Below the pieces are notes generated by a model. That model made no database searches and was not told the DNA's origin. It saw nothing but the letters and a program-made list of their open reading frames with translations. From Sedimentisphaerales bacterium (GTDB lineage: Bacteria; Planctomycetota; Phycisphaerae; Sedimentisphaerales; SM23-30), in the NCBI GenBank assembly GCA_963663965.2, contig CAXXFK010000011.1:199667-263666 (forward strand): a stretch of 64,000 nucleotides of DNA. The letters are read 5' to 3'. The translations under genes were made by a program, and so were the position numbers. Below, one piece after another: positions 11,380 through 21,701 of the stretch (its first letter is position 1; every line of letters starts with the position of its first letter).

Positions 11380-11760
11380 ATGGCCAATATGAAATTTACT
11401 GAATCGCATGAATGGGCCTGTTTAGACCAGGATACTGGTGAGGTCACGATTGGGATTACCGCGTTCGCCGTCGAACATCTGGGCGATATTGTTTTTCTGG
11501 AATTACCAGAATCCAACGCCTCCATTTCCAAAGGAAAAAGCTTTGGAACGATCGAATCAGTAAAATCAGCTTCGGATATCTATAGCCCGGTCACCGGCGA
11601 AATCGTGGCTATTAATAGCGAATTATGCGATAACCTGGAATGGCTCGAGTCGCCCTATGAAAAAGCCTGGATGATTCGAATAAAAGCGAAGAATCCATCC
11701 GAATTGGATGCCCTGATGGATGAGGCCGCTTACCAGGATTATCTGAAAACCCAGGAATAA
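11380..11760 (+). CDS. gcvH: Glycine cleavage system H protein
   Basis: HEW, GIT.FA..LGDIVF and lipoyl-lysine motif ESVKSASD; AAGGAG RBS before ATG 11380. Confidence 0.95.
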   Translation: MANMKFTESHEWACLDQDTGEVTIGITAFAVEHLGDIVFLELPESNASISKGKSFGTIESVKSASDIYSPVTGEIVAINSELCDNLEWLESPYEKAWMIRIKAKNPSELDALMDEAAYQDYLKTQE

Positions 11761-11784
11761 TCTTTTTCTACAGAAAGGTTTTTT

Positions 11785-13116
11785 ATGCCTTTTATAGCCA
11801 ATACCCCTGCCCAGCAGCAAGAGATGTTGTCGCTGATCGGCCAGAATATGGAAGGGTTGTTTTCCGACATCCCCGCCCCGCTGCGCTGTCAGCCCTTAAA
11901 CCTGCCTGCCGGGTTAAGTGAACAGGAAGTTCGCAAGCACCTTACCGATCTATCCGACAAAAATGCCACCGACCTGATCAATTTCCTCGGCGGCGGTTTT
12001 TATGATCATTTCGTCCCGGCCGCGGTCAACGCCATCGTATCACGCAGTGAATTCTACACCGCCTATACTCCCTATCAGCCGGAATTATCCCAGGGCACCT
12101 TACAGGCGATCTATGAATACCAAAGCGCCATCTGCACAATTACCGGCATGGACGCTTCCAATGCCTCGCTCTACGATGGCGGTACCGCCCTGTACGAAGC
12201 CATGACCATGGCCTTGAGAACCACCGGGCGCTCACGCATCATTATTGATGACAGTGTCAACCCCATCTACCGGGTCATGCTGCACTCCTATTCCAGAAAC
12301 CTCAACATCGAACTGGTTGAAGTACCTAACGCCGATGGCATGATCAACCGCCGCGAACTGGTTCGCCTTCTGAATGACAAAACCGCCGCGGTTATCGTCC
12401 AGAATCCCAACTTCTTCGGTTGCATCGATGATTTCAGTGATCTGGCCGAAATCGTTCATGACAAAGGGGCCTTGTTGATCGTCTCCTGTTATCCGATTTC
12501 ACTGGGCATTCTCAAAACCCCCGCCGAAATGGGCGCGGATATTGTGACCGGCGAAGGCCAGAGTCTTGGATTGCCGCTGTCATTCGGCGGCCCCTACCTT
12601 GGATTTATCGCCACCCGCGATAAGCATGTCCGCAAGCTGCCCGGCCGGATTGCCGGTTTGACCAGAGACCGCCTCGATCGACGTGGCTTCGTGTTAACCC
12701 TGCAAGCGCGTGAACAGCATATCCGCCGGGACAAGGCCACCTCCAACATCTGTACCAATCAGGCCCTCTGTGCCCTGACCGCCCTGGTTTACCTGTCACT
12801 GATGGGAAAATCAGGCTTTCGCGAAGTCGCCCAGCTCTGTGCGGATAAAGCATCTTACGCCTACAATCGCCTGACCGCGATTCCCAAAGTATCGCCCCAT
12901 TTCCATAACCGCTGGTTCTTTAATGAATTTGTTATCGATTTACCCTGTAACGCCTCCGATGTCGCCGGCAAATTGATCGAACGCGGTTTTGCCGCCGGAT
13001 TCCCGTTAAGCCGTTATTATCAAGGCATGGATAACTCGTTATTGATTGCCATAACCGAAAAACGCACCAAACAGGAAATCGGTATGCTGGCAGAATCGCT
13101 GGAGGATATCTTATGA
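11785..13116 (+). CDS. gcvPA: Glycine dehydrogenase subunit 1
   Basis: EFYTAYTPYQPE.SQG, REQHIRRDKATSNICTNQ. Confidence 0.96.
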   Translation: MPFIANTPAQQQEMLSLIGQNMEGLFSDIPAPLRCQPLNLPAGLSEQEVRKHLTDLSDKNATDLINFLGGGFYDHFVPAAVNAIVSRSEFYTAYTPYQPELSQGTLQAIYEYQSAICTITGMDASNASLYDGGTALYEAMTMALRTTGRSRIIIDDSVNPIYRVMLHSYSRNLNIELVEVPNADGMINRRELVRLLNDKTAAVIVQNPNFFGCIDDFSDLAEIVHDKGALLIVSCYPISLGILKTPAEMGADIVTGEGQSLGLPLSFGGPYLGFIATRDKHVRKLPGRIAGLTRDRLDRRGFVLTLQAREQHIRRDKATSNICTNQALCALTALVYLSLMGKSGFREVAQLCADKASYAYNRLTAIPKVSPHFHNRWFFNEFVIDLPCNASDVAGKLIERGFAAGFPLSRYYQGMDNSLLIAITEKRTKQEIGMLAESLEDIL

Positions 13117-14567
13117 AACTGATTTATGAAAAAAGTGTAACCGGCCGGATTGGAGTTCGCCATTGCCTGAGTGATGTGCCCGGTTCCATCAACTTAAATA
13201 AAAACTACCTGCGCGATAAAGAGGCCGAACTGCCGGAACTCAGCGAGCTGGATGTCGTTCGCCATTTCACCGAATTGACCCGCCGCAACTTCGGCGTGGA
13301 CACCAACTTCTATCCGCTCGGCTCCTGCACGATGAAATACAATCCCAAGGTCGCCGAACTCATCGCGCAGTATCCCGGATTCGCGCAATTGCATCCGTTG
13401 TTACCCCAGTTGCGCCTGGGCGGCATGTTGACCCAGGGCGCCCTGCAGGTTATCTACGACACGGATATGCTCTTACGCGAAATCACCGGCATGGCCGCCT
13501 ATACCATGCAACCCCTGGCCGGCGCCCACGGCGAATTGACCGGGATTATGATCATGGCCGCCTATCACAAGGACCGTGGCAACAAAAAATCGGTCATTCT
13601 CATCCCCGATAGCGCCCACGGCACCAATCCCGCCAGCGCCGCCATTGGTAACTATCAAGTCGTCAGTATTCCCAGTGACAAACAGGGTGTCATGGACATC
13701 GAAGCCCTGAAGAAAAATCTGAACGATGAAGTGGCCGGCCTCATGCTGACCTGCCCCAATACCCTGGGCATTTTTAATCCGCACATCAAAGAAATCTGCG
13801 ACCTGGTCCACTCCGTCGATGGTCTTTGCTACTATGACGGCGCCAACCTGAACGCTATTCTTGGCAAAGTACGCCCGGGAGATATCGGCTTCGATCTGCT
13901 TCATGTCAATCTCCATAAAACCTTCGCCACCCCCCATGGCGGCGGCGGCCCCGGTTCCGGCCCGGTGGGTGTCATTGATAAACTCGCAGACTACTTACCG
14001 GTATCGCTGGTAATCAAACGGGATGATGGCACCTATGCTCTGGAATACAACCGTCCCAAATCGATTGGATATATCGCCCCATTCTACGGTAATTACGGCA
14101 TTATCCTGCGCGCCTACGTTTATATGCTCATGCTGGGCCGCGAAGGCCTGTTGCGCGTCTCCGAAAATGCCGTGCTCAACGCCAACTACATCAAAGAGCG
14201 CCTTAAACCCTATTATGACATGTCTCAGCAGGGTATCTGTAAACACGAATTTGTCTTGAGTGCAATCCGTCAGGCGGATAATGAAGTTCGGGCGCTCGAT
14301 ATTGCCAAAGCCCTGATCGACGAAGGCTACCACCCGCCCACAATCTATTTCCCCTTGATCGTCAAAGAAGCCATGATGATCGAACCGACAGAAACCGAAA
14401 GTAAAGAGACCATGGATGGCTTTATTGAGGCAATGATCCGAATTGCCGAAAAAGCCCAGACTGATCCCGAATATTTCAAGGACACCCCACGAACCACCTG
14501 TGTCACGCGACTGGATGAAGCCGCTGCGGCCCGCAATCCCAATATCGCCTGCTCCTGTCTGGGCTGA
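13113..14567 (+). CDS. gcvPB: Glycine dehydrogenase subunit 2
   Basis: YPLGSCTMKYNP, PLP-lysine motif HVNLHKTF.TPHGGGGPG; ATGA overlap with gcvPA. Confidence 0.96.
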   Translation: MKLIYEKSVTGRIGVRHCLSDVPGSINLNKNYLRDKEAELPELSELDVVRHFTELTRRNFGVDTNFYPLGSCTMKYNPKVAELIAQYPGFAQLHPLLPQLRLGGMLTQGALQVIYDTDMLLREITGMAAYTMQPLAGAHGELTGIMIMAAYHKDRGNKKSVILIPDSAHGTNPASAAIGNYQVVSIPSDKQGVMDIEALKKNLNDEVAGLMLTCPNTLGIFNPHIKEICDLVHSVDGLCYYDGANLNAILGKVRPGDIGFDLLHVNLHKTFATPHGGGGPGSGPVGVIDKLADYLPVSLVIKRDDGTYALEYNRPKSIGYIAPFYGNYGIILRAYVYMLMLGREGLLRVSENAVLNANYIKERLKPYYDMSQQGICKHEFVLSAIRQADNEVRALDIAKALIDEGYHPPTIYFPLIVKEAMMIEPTETESKETMDGFIEAMIRIAEKAQTDPEYFKDTPRTTCVTRLDEAAAARNPNIACSCLG

Positions 14568-14667
14568 TATTCGGAAGCCATATAAGACTCTTTCTTACTT
14601 TACTTTATATGTGATAATATCACCCTGCATGAACAAGAGGTTAATTTTATAACACAGGAGAATCCTA

Positions 14668-16041
14668 ATGTATGATGTTGCAATTATCGGTAGCGGCCCG
14701 GGAGGTTACGTCGCTGCCCTGCGCGCCGCATTGCAAGGCGCCAAAACCTGTATTATCGAGAAGGAACACATTGGCGGCACCTGCCTCAATGTAGGATGTA
14801 TCCCCACCAAGACCATGCTGCATGCCGGCGAAACCGCCTGGCACATACGACACGCCAAAGAACTGGGACTGTCTGCCGGAGAACTCACGGTCGACGACAA
14901 AGCATTCATGAAACGAACGGCCAGGGTAGTCTCCACTTTGCGCGCCGGAGTCAACGGCCTGCTCAAAAAACGCCAGGTCGATATCATCAAAGGTTTTGGC
15001 CGATTATCGAATCCCAATACGATTACCGTAGATACTGATGGTAAACAGACAACGGTTCAGGCCCGTTCCATTATCATTGCCACCGGCTCTCAGCCGGTCA
15101 GGCCGGGTTTTCTCCCCTGGGAGAACCCCTGCCTCATGACCACCGATGAAGCCACCTCCGCGACCACGCTCCCCAAAGATATTATCATTCTCGGCGGTGG
15201 TGTTATCGGCTGCGAATTCGCCACGGTCTATAGCGAACTGGGCATCCCGACCACCCTGGTCGAAATGCTGGATTCGGTTGTTGCCAATATGGATGATGAC
15301 ATTATCAAAGCCATCACGGCCAGCCTGAAAAAACGAGGCGTAAACCTCCACACCGGCACCAAACTTGAATCGGTGAAACCTGACAACCAGGGTGTCGTCG
15401 CCCAGCTTAGCAATGGCGAACAAATAAAAGCTTCTGCCATGTTGGTAGCCATCGGCCGCAAACCCAATACCGATGATATCGGCTTGAATACCGTGGGAAT
15501 CACCACCGACAAAGGCCTGATACCCGTAAACGCCCGGTGTCAGACCTCCATTCCAACTATTTACGCCATTGGCGATGCTGCGGTCCCGCTTCAATACGCG
15601 CATGTCGCCAGCCGCATGGGGATCATCGCTGCCGATAACGCGACCGGCCACCCTTCAGAAGATAAACTCAACGTTGTACCAACCGGTATTTACACCCATC
15701 CCGAGGTGGCCTCTGTCGGCCTTTCCGAGAAGCAGGCGAAGGAAATCGGCGAACCCATCCGTATCGCCTCCTTCCCTTATATGGCCTCAGGTATGGCCAA
15801 AGCCTACGGCGAGACGGAAGGCATGGTCAAACTGATTGCCAGTGAAAAACACGGCGAAATCCTGGGCGCGGTCATTATTGGCCCGCATGCCACCGACACG
15901 ATTCAGGAAGTGGCTCTGGCCATGAAAAATGAACTGACCATTGAAGAAATTGCCCACACCATTCATCCCCACCCAACCTTTATCGAAGCTATTGGCGAAG
16001 CCGCCGAGGCTTGGCTGGGCATGCCACTCCACTCTCTCTAA
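14668..16041 (+). CDS. lpdA: Dihydrolipoyl dehydrogenase (L protein)
   Basis: GSGPGGY, GGTCLNVGCIP redox disulfide, C-terminal HPHPTFIE. Confidence 0.95.
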   Translation: MYDVAIIGSGPGGYVAALRAALQGAKTCIIEKEHIGGTCLNVGCIPTKTMLHAGETAWHIRHAKELGLSAGELTVDDKAFMKRTARVVSTLRAGVNGLLKKRQVDIIKGFGRLSNPNTITVDTDGKQTTVQARSIIIATGSQPVRPGFLPWENPCLMTTDEATSATTLPKDIIILGGGVIGCEFATVYSELGIPTTLVEMLDSVVANMDDDIIKAITASLKKRGVNLHTGTKLESVKPDNQGVVAQLSNGEQIKASAMLVAIGRKPNTDDIGLNTVGITTDKGLIPVNARCQTSIPTIYAIGDAAVPLQYAHVASRMGIIAADNATGHPSEDKLNVVPTGIYTHPEVASVGLSEKQAKEIGEPIRIASFPYMASGMAKAYGETEGMVKLIASEKHGEILGAVIIGPHATDTIQEVALAMKNELTIEEIAHTIHPHPTFIEAIGEAAEAWLGMPLHSL

Positions 16042-16061
16042 GGTTTTTCCTTTTCATACCC

Positions 16062-16097
16062 AGAGCCGGTTGTTATGATGACCGGCTCTTTCTTTTT
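16062..16097 (+). terminator. Intrinsic terminator after lpdA
   Basis: Stem AGAGCCGGT/ACCGGCTCT followed by a T-rich tract. Confidence 0.7.
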
Positions 16098-16128
16098 CTG
16101 CCAAAAAGTAATGCTTTTGTACTAAACG

Positions 16129-18234
16129 ATGTCAAAACGGATTGATCAACATACTTTGAATGTGCTGGAATATCCAGCCATCCTGAACATCCTGGCTGGA
16201 TACGCCGCCAGCGATATGGGCCGGGAAGCCGCACAAACGCTCTATCCTTCCACGGACCGGTCCTGGATTCTCCGCCGCCTGGCCGAAACAGCCGAGATGC
16301 GTTTTCTGATCGATCATGACATCCGCATTCCTTTGGCAGGCATGCGGGATATCCGGCCCATTCTGGATCACCTCGGCAAAAAACAGGCCGTCCTCGAACC
16401 CACCGAACTCCTGCAAATTTCCGACACCCTCAGCGCCTGCGCCAATCTGAAAGCATTTTTCTCTTCTTTACCCGGGGACCGTTTCCCCACATTGACTCAA
16501 TTCTCCGATCAATTGGGCAATTTTGAAACCATTGTCGATCCCATCAACCAGAGTATCGACGGAGATGAAACCGTCAAAGATGATGCCTCGCCCAAACTGA
16601 AAGAAATCCGCAAGGAAATGGCCATTCTCAAGGCGGAGATCCAGACAAAATACCAGAAAATCGTCAATAACCCCCATATCCGTAAAGCCCTGGCCAACGA
16701 GCAGTTTTTAACCCGTAACGGTCGCGCCGTCGTACTGGTTAAAGCCAATTACCGTACCCACGTCAACGGCATCGTCCTGGACCGGTCCAACACCGGCGGC
16801 GCGCTCTACATCGAACCTTACGAACTGGTGGAATTATCCAACCAGTTGGAAGATATCACCTTCAACGAACGCCGGGAAGTGGAACGCATCCTCTGGGAAC
16901 TGACCCGCCTGATCATCAGCCACCGCAAGCCGATTCATAACTCGATTATAACCTTATCCCATATCGACCTGACCTGGGCCAAGGCCCGCTTCGGCCAGGC
17001 CTACAACATGTCCGCACCCATCTTAAGCGATCACCACAAACTCAGCCTCCGCCAGGCCCGCCATCCCCTGCTTATCGACCTGTTCAGCCGCCAACAGCAA
17101 ATCACCCCCGAACTGGCCTTTACCCAGGTCGTCCCCATTGATGTCCGGCTGGGCGATGATTTCGACCTCCTGCTCCTGACCGGTCCCAATACCGGCGGCA
17201 AAACTGTCACCCTCAAGACCATCGGCCTCATCCAGCTCATGACCCAAAGCGGCATGCAGATCACTGCCTGGCCGGACTCTTCCGTTCCCATTTACCACTC
17301 CATCTTTGCCGATATCGGCGATGAACAGAGTATCCAGCAAAGCCTGAGTACCTTTTCCGCCCACATGAAACAGATCGTCTCCGTCATCCAGGGCGTTAAT
17401 CGCCATTCACTCGTCCTGCTGGATGAACTCGGCTCAGGCACCGATCCCACCGAAGGCGCCTGTCTTTCAGCGGCCATCTTAACCCACCTGCTGAAAAAAC
17501 ATTGTCATATCGCCGCCACGACCCATCTCGGCCAGCTCAAACATTTCGCCTGGTCCTCGGCGCGTGCGGAAAATGGCTCGGTCCAGTTCGATCTCGAAAC
17601 CATGCGCCCCACCTACCACCTCCTGATCGGCACACCCGGCAGCAGCAATGCCCTGGCCATCGCCCAGCGTCTGGGGATGCAGCCCGATATCATCCGCCAG
17701 GCCCAACAGGACATCAGTGAAGAAACCCAAAGCTCCAATCGCGAATATAACCTGATCCAGGCCACCCGCGAAGAAGCCGAACGCAAACGTCAGGATGCCC
17801 AGGCCATTCTCGACAGCGCCGAAGGCGTGCAGCAACTGGCCATCGAGCGCCTGGAACAATCCACCATTCTCCAGGAAGAAATTCGCCAGCAGGCCGATTT
17901 TGCTATCGAACAATCGATGAAACAGGTCCGCCACCTGGTCGAAAAACTTCAGTTCGACAGCAAAAATGCCCCCGCCCAATGGCGTCAGCTGATCGAAAGC
18001 TACGCGCAGCTATTCATCCAGGCTGCTAACGACACCCCTCTGGGCCGGCGCCAGCAACAGTTCATCGAAAGTCTGCGTAAAGGCGATACCGTCTACCTGC
18101 CCCACCTGCGCACCACCGGACTGGTCATCCGGATCCGCAAAAACCGACAGACCGCCGAAATCGCCACCAGTGACAAAACCCTCGAACTGCCTTTCGATCG
18201 TCTGGCCCCGGCCGATATCGCCAGCCAGCTCTAA
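16129..18234 (+). CDS. mutS2: MutS2 family ATPase, apparently lacking the C-terminal Smr domain
   Basis: TGPNTGGKT Walker A, DIGDEQSIQQSLSTFS, LLDELGSGTDPTEG; ends after a KOW-like segment at 701 aa. Confidence 0.9.
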   Translation: MSKRIDQHTLNVLEYPAILNILAGYAASDMGREAAQTLYPSTDRSWILRRLAETAEMRFLIDHDIRIPLAGMRDIRPILDHLGKKQAVLEPTELLQISDTLSACANLKAFFSSLPGDRFPTLTQFSDQLGNFETIVDPINQSIDGDETVKDDASPKLKEIRKEMAILKAEIQTKYQKIVNNPHIRKALANEQFLTRNGRAVVLVKANYRTHVNGIVLDRSNTGGALYIEPYELVELSNQLEDITFNERREVERILWELTRLIISHRKPIHNSIITLSHIDLTWAKARFGQAYNMSAPILSDHHKLSLRQARHPLLIDLFSRQQQITPELAFTQVVPIDVRLGDDFDLLLLTGPNTGGKTVTLKTIGLIQLMTQSGMQITAWPDSSVPIYHSIFADIGDEQSIQQSLSTFSAHMKQIVSVIQGVNRHSLVLLDELGSGTDPTEGACLSAAILTHLLKKHCHIAATTHLGQLKHFAWSSARAENGSVQFDLETMRPTYHLLIGTPGSSNALAIAQRLGMQPDIIRQAQQDISEETQSSNREYNLIQATREEAERKRQDAQAILDSAEGVQQLAIERLEQSTILQEEIRQQADFAIEQSMKQVRHLVEKLQFDSKNAPAQWRQLIESYAQLFIQAANDTPLGRRQQQFIESLRKGDTVYLPHLRTTGLVIRIRKNRQTAEIATSDKTLELPFDRLAPADIASQL

Positions 18235-19550
18235 CCGCGATTCACCATCAGCGCGGGCTGCCCCGTCGCCTCCAGCACATCACGCCACAACTCCCCTTCC
18301 GGATCGATCTGCTTCCGCTCCGATACCGCCAGTTCTGTGGGGATATGAACGAATTTATTATGGACCAGCCCAACCAGCATCGCCGTTTTTCCCGCCATCG
18401 CGGCATGGACCGCGTTGCTGCCCAGCCGGGCGCAATAAATCGAATCCGTCGGGATCGCCGCGGCGCTGCGTATCATATAACTCGGATCGATATATTTCAT
18501 ACTGACCGGAAAATGCTCCTGATCGAAATGATGCTTGATGGCGTCTTTCAGATACAGTCCGATATCGTTCATCACCACATTGCCCGACGCGTCTTTCTGC
18601 CCGGTATTCGCCAGCAGGTCCATCCCGGCCCCTTCCGCCACCAGGATCACCGCGTGGTTACGACGCTCCAGCCGCTTCTTCAAATGCACCAGCAGCCCGT
18701 TCTCACCCGCCAGTTCAAACGGCACCTCCGGAACCAGTACAAAATTCACATCGTTCATCGCCAGCGCCGTATGGGCCGCGATAAATCCCGAACTCCGTCC
18801 CATCACCTTAACCAGACCAATCCCGTTGATCGCGTCATGCGCCTCAACATGCGCCCCGCTCACCGCCCGCGTCGCTTCCGAAACCGCCGTTTCAAATCCA
18901 AACGAACGCTCGACAAAACTGATATCGTTATCGATCGTCTTGGGAACACCCACCACCGCGATATCCAATCCTCTTTCCAGGGCCTCCCGGGCAATCGCCA
19001 GCGCTCCCTTTTGCGTACCGTCACCGCCAATACAAAACAGAATATTGACCCGGTCCGCCACCAGCCGGTCCACCATTTCACGATAACGATCTCCTTTACC
19101 CCGCGAAGATCCCAGAATCGTACCGCTATGCTGGTGGATATCGTCAACCTCATCCGGCGTGAGTAAAATAGGCGAAAATCGCGAGTCCGCCAACAAACCG
19201 CCATAGCCAAAGCGGTAACCGATAATCTCCCGCACCGAATAATGATACCACAGATTCATCACCACCGCGCGAATCACATCATTCAAGCCCGGACACAACC
19301 CCCCGCAGGTTACAATCCCCGCGCGGACCTTGCCCGGTTCAAAAAAGAGCTTCTCCCTCGGCCCGGCCTTTTCCACCAATTCCATTTGATCGCAATTCAA
19401 CGCATCCCGGTTACCTGACAATTCAATATCATGCATCACGTATTGATCATCCGGCACAAAAGAGGCAATATAATCATCCTTGATATTGGATAATTTCAAG
19501 GGAGAGGGATATCGCGTCTCTCCCAACGACGGTATGGTAAATTCACGCAT
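18231..19550 (-). CDS. pfkA: 6-phosphofructokinase (probably ATP-dependent)
   Basis: TCGGLCPGLN, GGDGTQKG, PKTIDNDI, MGRSSGFIA. Confidence 0.9.
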   Translation of the reverse strand: MREFTIPSLGETRYPSPLKLSNIKDDYIASFVPDDQYVMHDIELSGNRDALNCDQMELVEKAGPREKLFFEPGKVRAGIVTCGGLCPGLNDVIRAVVMNLWYHYSVREIIGYRFGYGGLLADSRFSPILLTPDEVDDIHQHSGTILGSSRGKGDRYREMVDRLVADRVNILFCIGGDGTQKGALAIAREALERGLDIAVVGVPKTIDNDISFVERSFGFETAVSEATRAVSGAHVEAHDAINGIGLVKVMGRSSGFIAAHTALAMNDVNFVLVPEVPFELAGENGLLVHLKKRLERRNHAVILVAEGAGMDLLANTGQKDASGNVVMNDIGLYLKDAIKHHFDQEHFPVSMKYIDPSYMIRSAAAIPTDSIYCARLGSNAVHAAMAGKTAMLVGLVHNKFVHIPTELAVSERKQIDPEGELWRDVLEATGQPALMVNRG

Positions 19551-19552
19551 GG

Positions 19553-20833
19553 TTACACCCGCTCCGCTGCCACTAGATCATCATAGGTTTCCCGCCGGCG
19601 GATCAAATGACATTGCCCGCCATCCACCAGCACCTCAGCCGCCCTGGGCCGCGCGTTATACTGACTGCTCATCGTAAACGCGTACGCCCCGGCCGTAAAG
19701 ACTCCCAGCAAATCGCCTCTTTGCGCCGGCGGCAGCATTCGCTCTTTAGCCAGAAAATCACCCGATTCGCAAATGGGCCCAACCACATCCACCTTTTCCA
19801 AACCATCCATGGGCGGACACTCTTCCCGACGTTCCGGCACAAACGCGTCCCCAACCTGAACCGGCCAGATAAAATGAAACGCCCCATAAAACGCCGGCCG
19901 GATCAGATCATTCATGGCCGCATCCACAATCAGAAACCGTTTGTCGCCGCCCGCCTTGGTATAAATAACCCGGGTCAACAATAACCCACCATTCCCCGCG
20001 ATACTGCGGCCGGGTTCCAGAATCAACTTCAGATTCTGCCCTCTCAACATCGGGATAATTTTATCGGCATACTCCAGCGTGGGGGGCGTCTGTCCGGTTT
20101 GATAATCCGCTCCCAGTCCTCCCCCAAGATCCAGGGTATCCACCGCGAATCCTTTGGCTCGCAACGCGTCGATAAAAGGCAGCGTTTTCTCCAATGCCTC
20201 CACGTAAGGCTCCGCGCTGTAAATCGGCGAACCCAGGTGCAGATGAACCGCCGACAGCGACAGGCTGCTTTCTTTGCCAAACGTTTCAAACACCGTCATG
20301 GCCCGGTCCAGGTCAACCCCGAATTTGGATTCTCGTTTACCCGTGGCGGTATGCCGGTGCGTTTTGGGATCCACATCCGGATTGATTCGCAAGGCGCATT
20401 GTGCCCGTTTGCCCTTATCCCGGGCCAGACGGGCCAGGTTCGCCAACTCTTCTTCCGATTCGATATTAAAATAGGCGATTCCCGCGTCCAGCGCGGCGTT
20501 AATTTCAACATCGGTCTTGCCCACCCCCGCGTAAACCACTTTACCCGGATCACCCCCGGCCTGTAAGACCCGGAACAACTCGCCGCCGCTGACAACATCA
20601 AATCCACTGCCCCATTCATGCAGTTTCTTCAGAATATTGAGATTGCCGCAACTCTTAACCGAATAGCAGATCATCGGATCAAATTCGGCATAAGCCGCTT
20701 TGATTCGATCGTAATGATGCTTCAACGTCGCCTGACTGTAAATATAAACCGGGGTCCCAAATTCCTTCGCGATCCGGTCAACTGGAACATCTTCGCAATA
20801 TAATTGCCCATCACGATACGAGAAAAAATCCAT
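19553..20833 (-). CDS. lysA: Diaminopimelate decarboxylase
   Basis: YSVKSC PLP lysine, SKFG, HLHLGS, EPGRSI, GPICESGD; start reassigned to MDFFSY after a GAGG RBS. Confidence 0.95.
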   Translation of the reverse strand: MDFFSYRDGQLYCEDVPVDRIAKEFGTPVYIYSQATLKHHYDRIKAAYAEFDPMICYSVKSCGNLNILKKLHEWGSGFDVVSGGELFRVLQAGGDPGKVVYAGVGKTDVEINAALDAGIAYFNIESEEELANLARLARDKGKRAQCALRINPDVDPKTHRHTATGKRESKFGVDLDRAMTVFETFGKESSLSLSAVHLHLGSPIYSAEPYVEALEKTLPFIDALRAKGFAVDTLDLGGGLGADYQTGQTPPTLEYADKIIPMLRGQNLKLILEPGRSIAGNGGLLLTRVIYTKAGGDKRFLIVDAAMNDLIRPAFYGAFHFIWPVQVGDAFVPERREECPPMDGLEKVDVVGPICESGDFLAKERMLPPAQRGDLLGVFTAGAYAFTMSSQYNARPRAAEVLVDGGQCHLIRRRETYDDLVAAERV

Positions 20834-21042
20834 AATTACCTCTTGTCTGGCAGTCCAATATCTTACTTGATTACAGAGACTTATATTTTCCAAACCCACT
20901 TAATAACAAGCCGGTTTGCTCTATCAAGCCATGTATATTAATCGAATCACTATGATTTTTCAACTATTCAAATAGGATCATTATCAATCTCCTTAAACCT
21001 CAATTCCAAAAACAATACCCAGGAATTTTTAAATAATTCCTG

Positions 21043-21071
21043 TTGACACCTCTGCCAAAGCCTGATAGTTT
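21043..21071 (+). promoter_or_regulatory. Sigma70 promoter feeding the cobalamin riboswitch
   Basis: TTGACA-17 bp-TAGTTT with a TGn extension, ~30 nt before the aptamer. Confidence 0.6.
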
Positions 21072-21100
21072 GAAAACAGTTAATTGACAACAGAATAATT

Positions 21101-21258
21101 GCATTCAGGCGGCCGCAAGGCCCTAACAGGGAAGACGGTTAGATTCCGTCACGGACGCGCCGCTGTATTCGGGGACGAAAGCCAGTCCCAGCCACTGTCG
21201 AAAGATGGGAAGGCCTGGCAAGTAGGATGAACCGTAAGTCAGAAGACCTGCCTGAATC
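21101..21258 (+). promoter_or_regulatory. Cobalamin (B12) riboswitch
   Basis: AACAGGGAA-gacggt..ccgtc, CGCTGTA, GCCACTG..GGGAAGGC and B12 box AAGTCAGAAGACCTGCC; P1 ATTCAGGC/GCCTGAAT; anti-P1 TCAGGCAGGTC at ~21302-21312. Confidence 0.92.
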
Positions 21259-21352
21259 ATGACTCCGTACCCTAACAGGTTCCATGGCTTCGCGCAACAA
21301 GTCAGGCAGGTCAACCGTCTATTCTATCATTTCAGAATAGTCCGAATGTATC

Positions 21353-21386
21353 AGCCTCATGCTTCCCGAAGCATGAGGCTTTTTTT
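21353..21386 (+). terminator. Intrinsic terminator, probable riboswitch expression platform
   Basis: Perfect inverted repeat AGCCTCATGCTTC/GAAGCATGAGGCT plus a T run. Confidence 0.8.
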
Positions 21387-21701
21387 ATGTAGCATGGGCT
21401 TCCAGCCCATGAAAATATTTCCTGCCAGAGTGGACAACACCCACATTGCCCTGGCCCCTAATAAACAGGCTCACCTGTTACTGCTTCCGTAATTACCACA
21501 AGTCAGACCGAAAGCTTGTGTTCAGGCAATAGTTAATTTGCCTCTTAACTGGCCCGAAGGGCCGATTTCGATTAGCCTGCGGCCCTTCGGCCTTTTTATA
21601 ATTTTGCTATACCCGACGAGGTATCTCAAGGCCTTCAAACCCTTGAGATCTCCTGGAGCATCTGTTCTGTACCAATGTAAACTTCTAACAAAGGACCCGA
21701 C

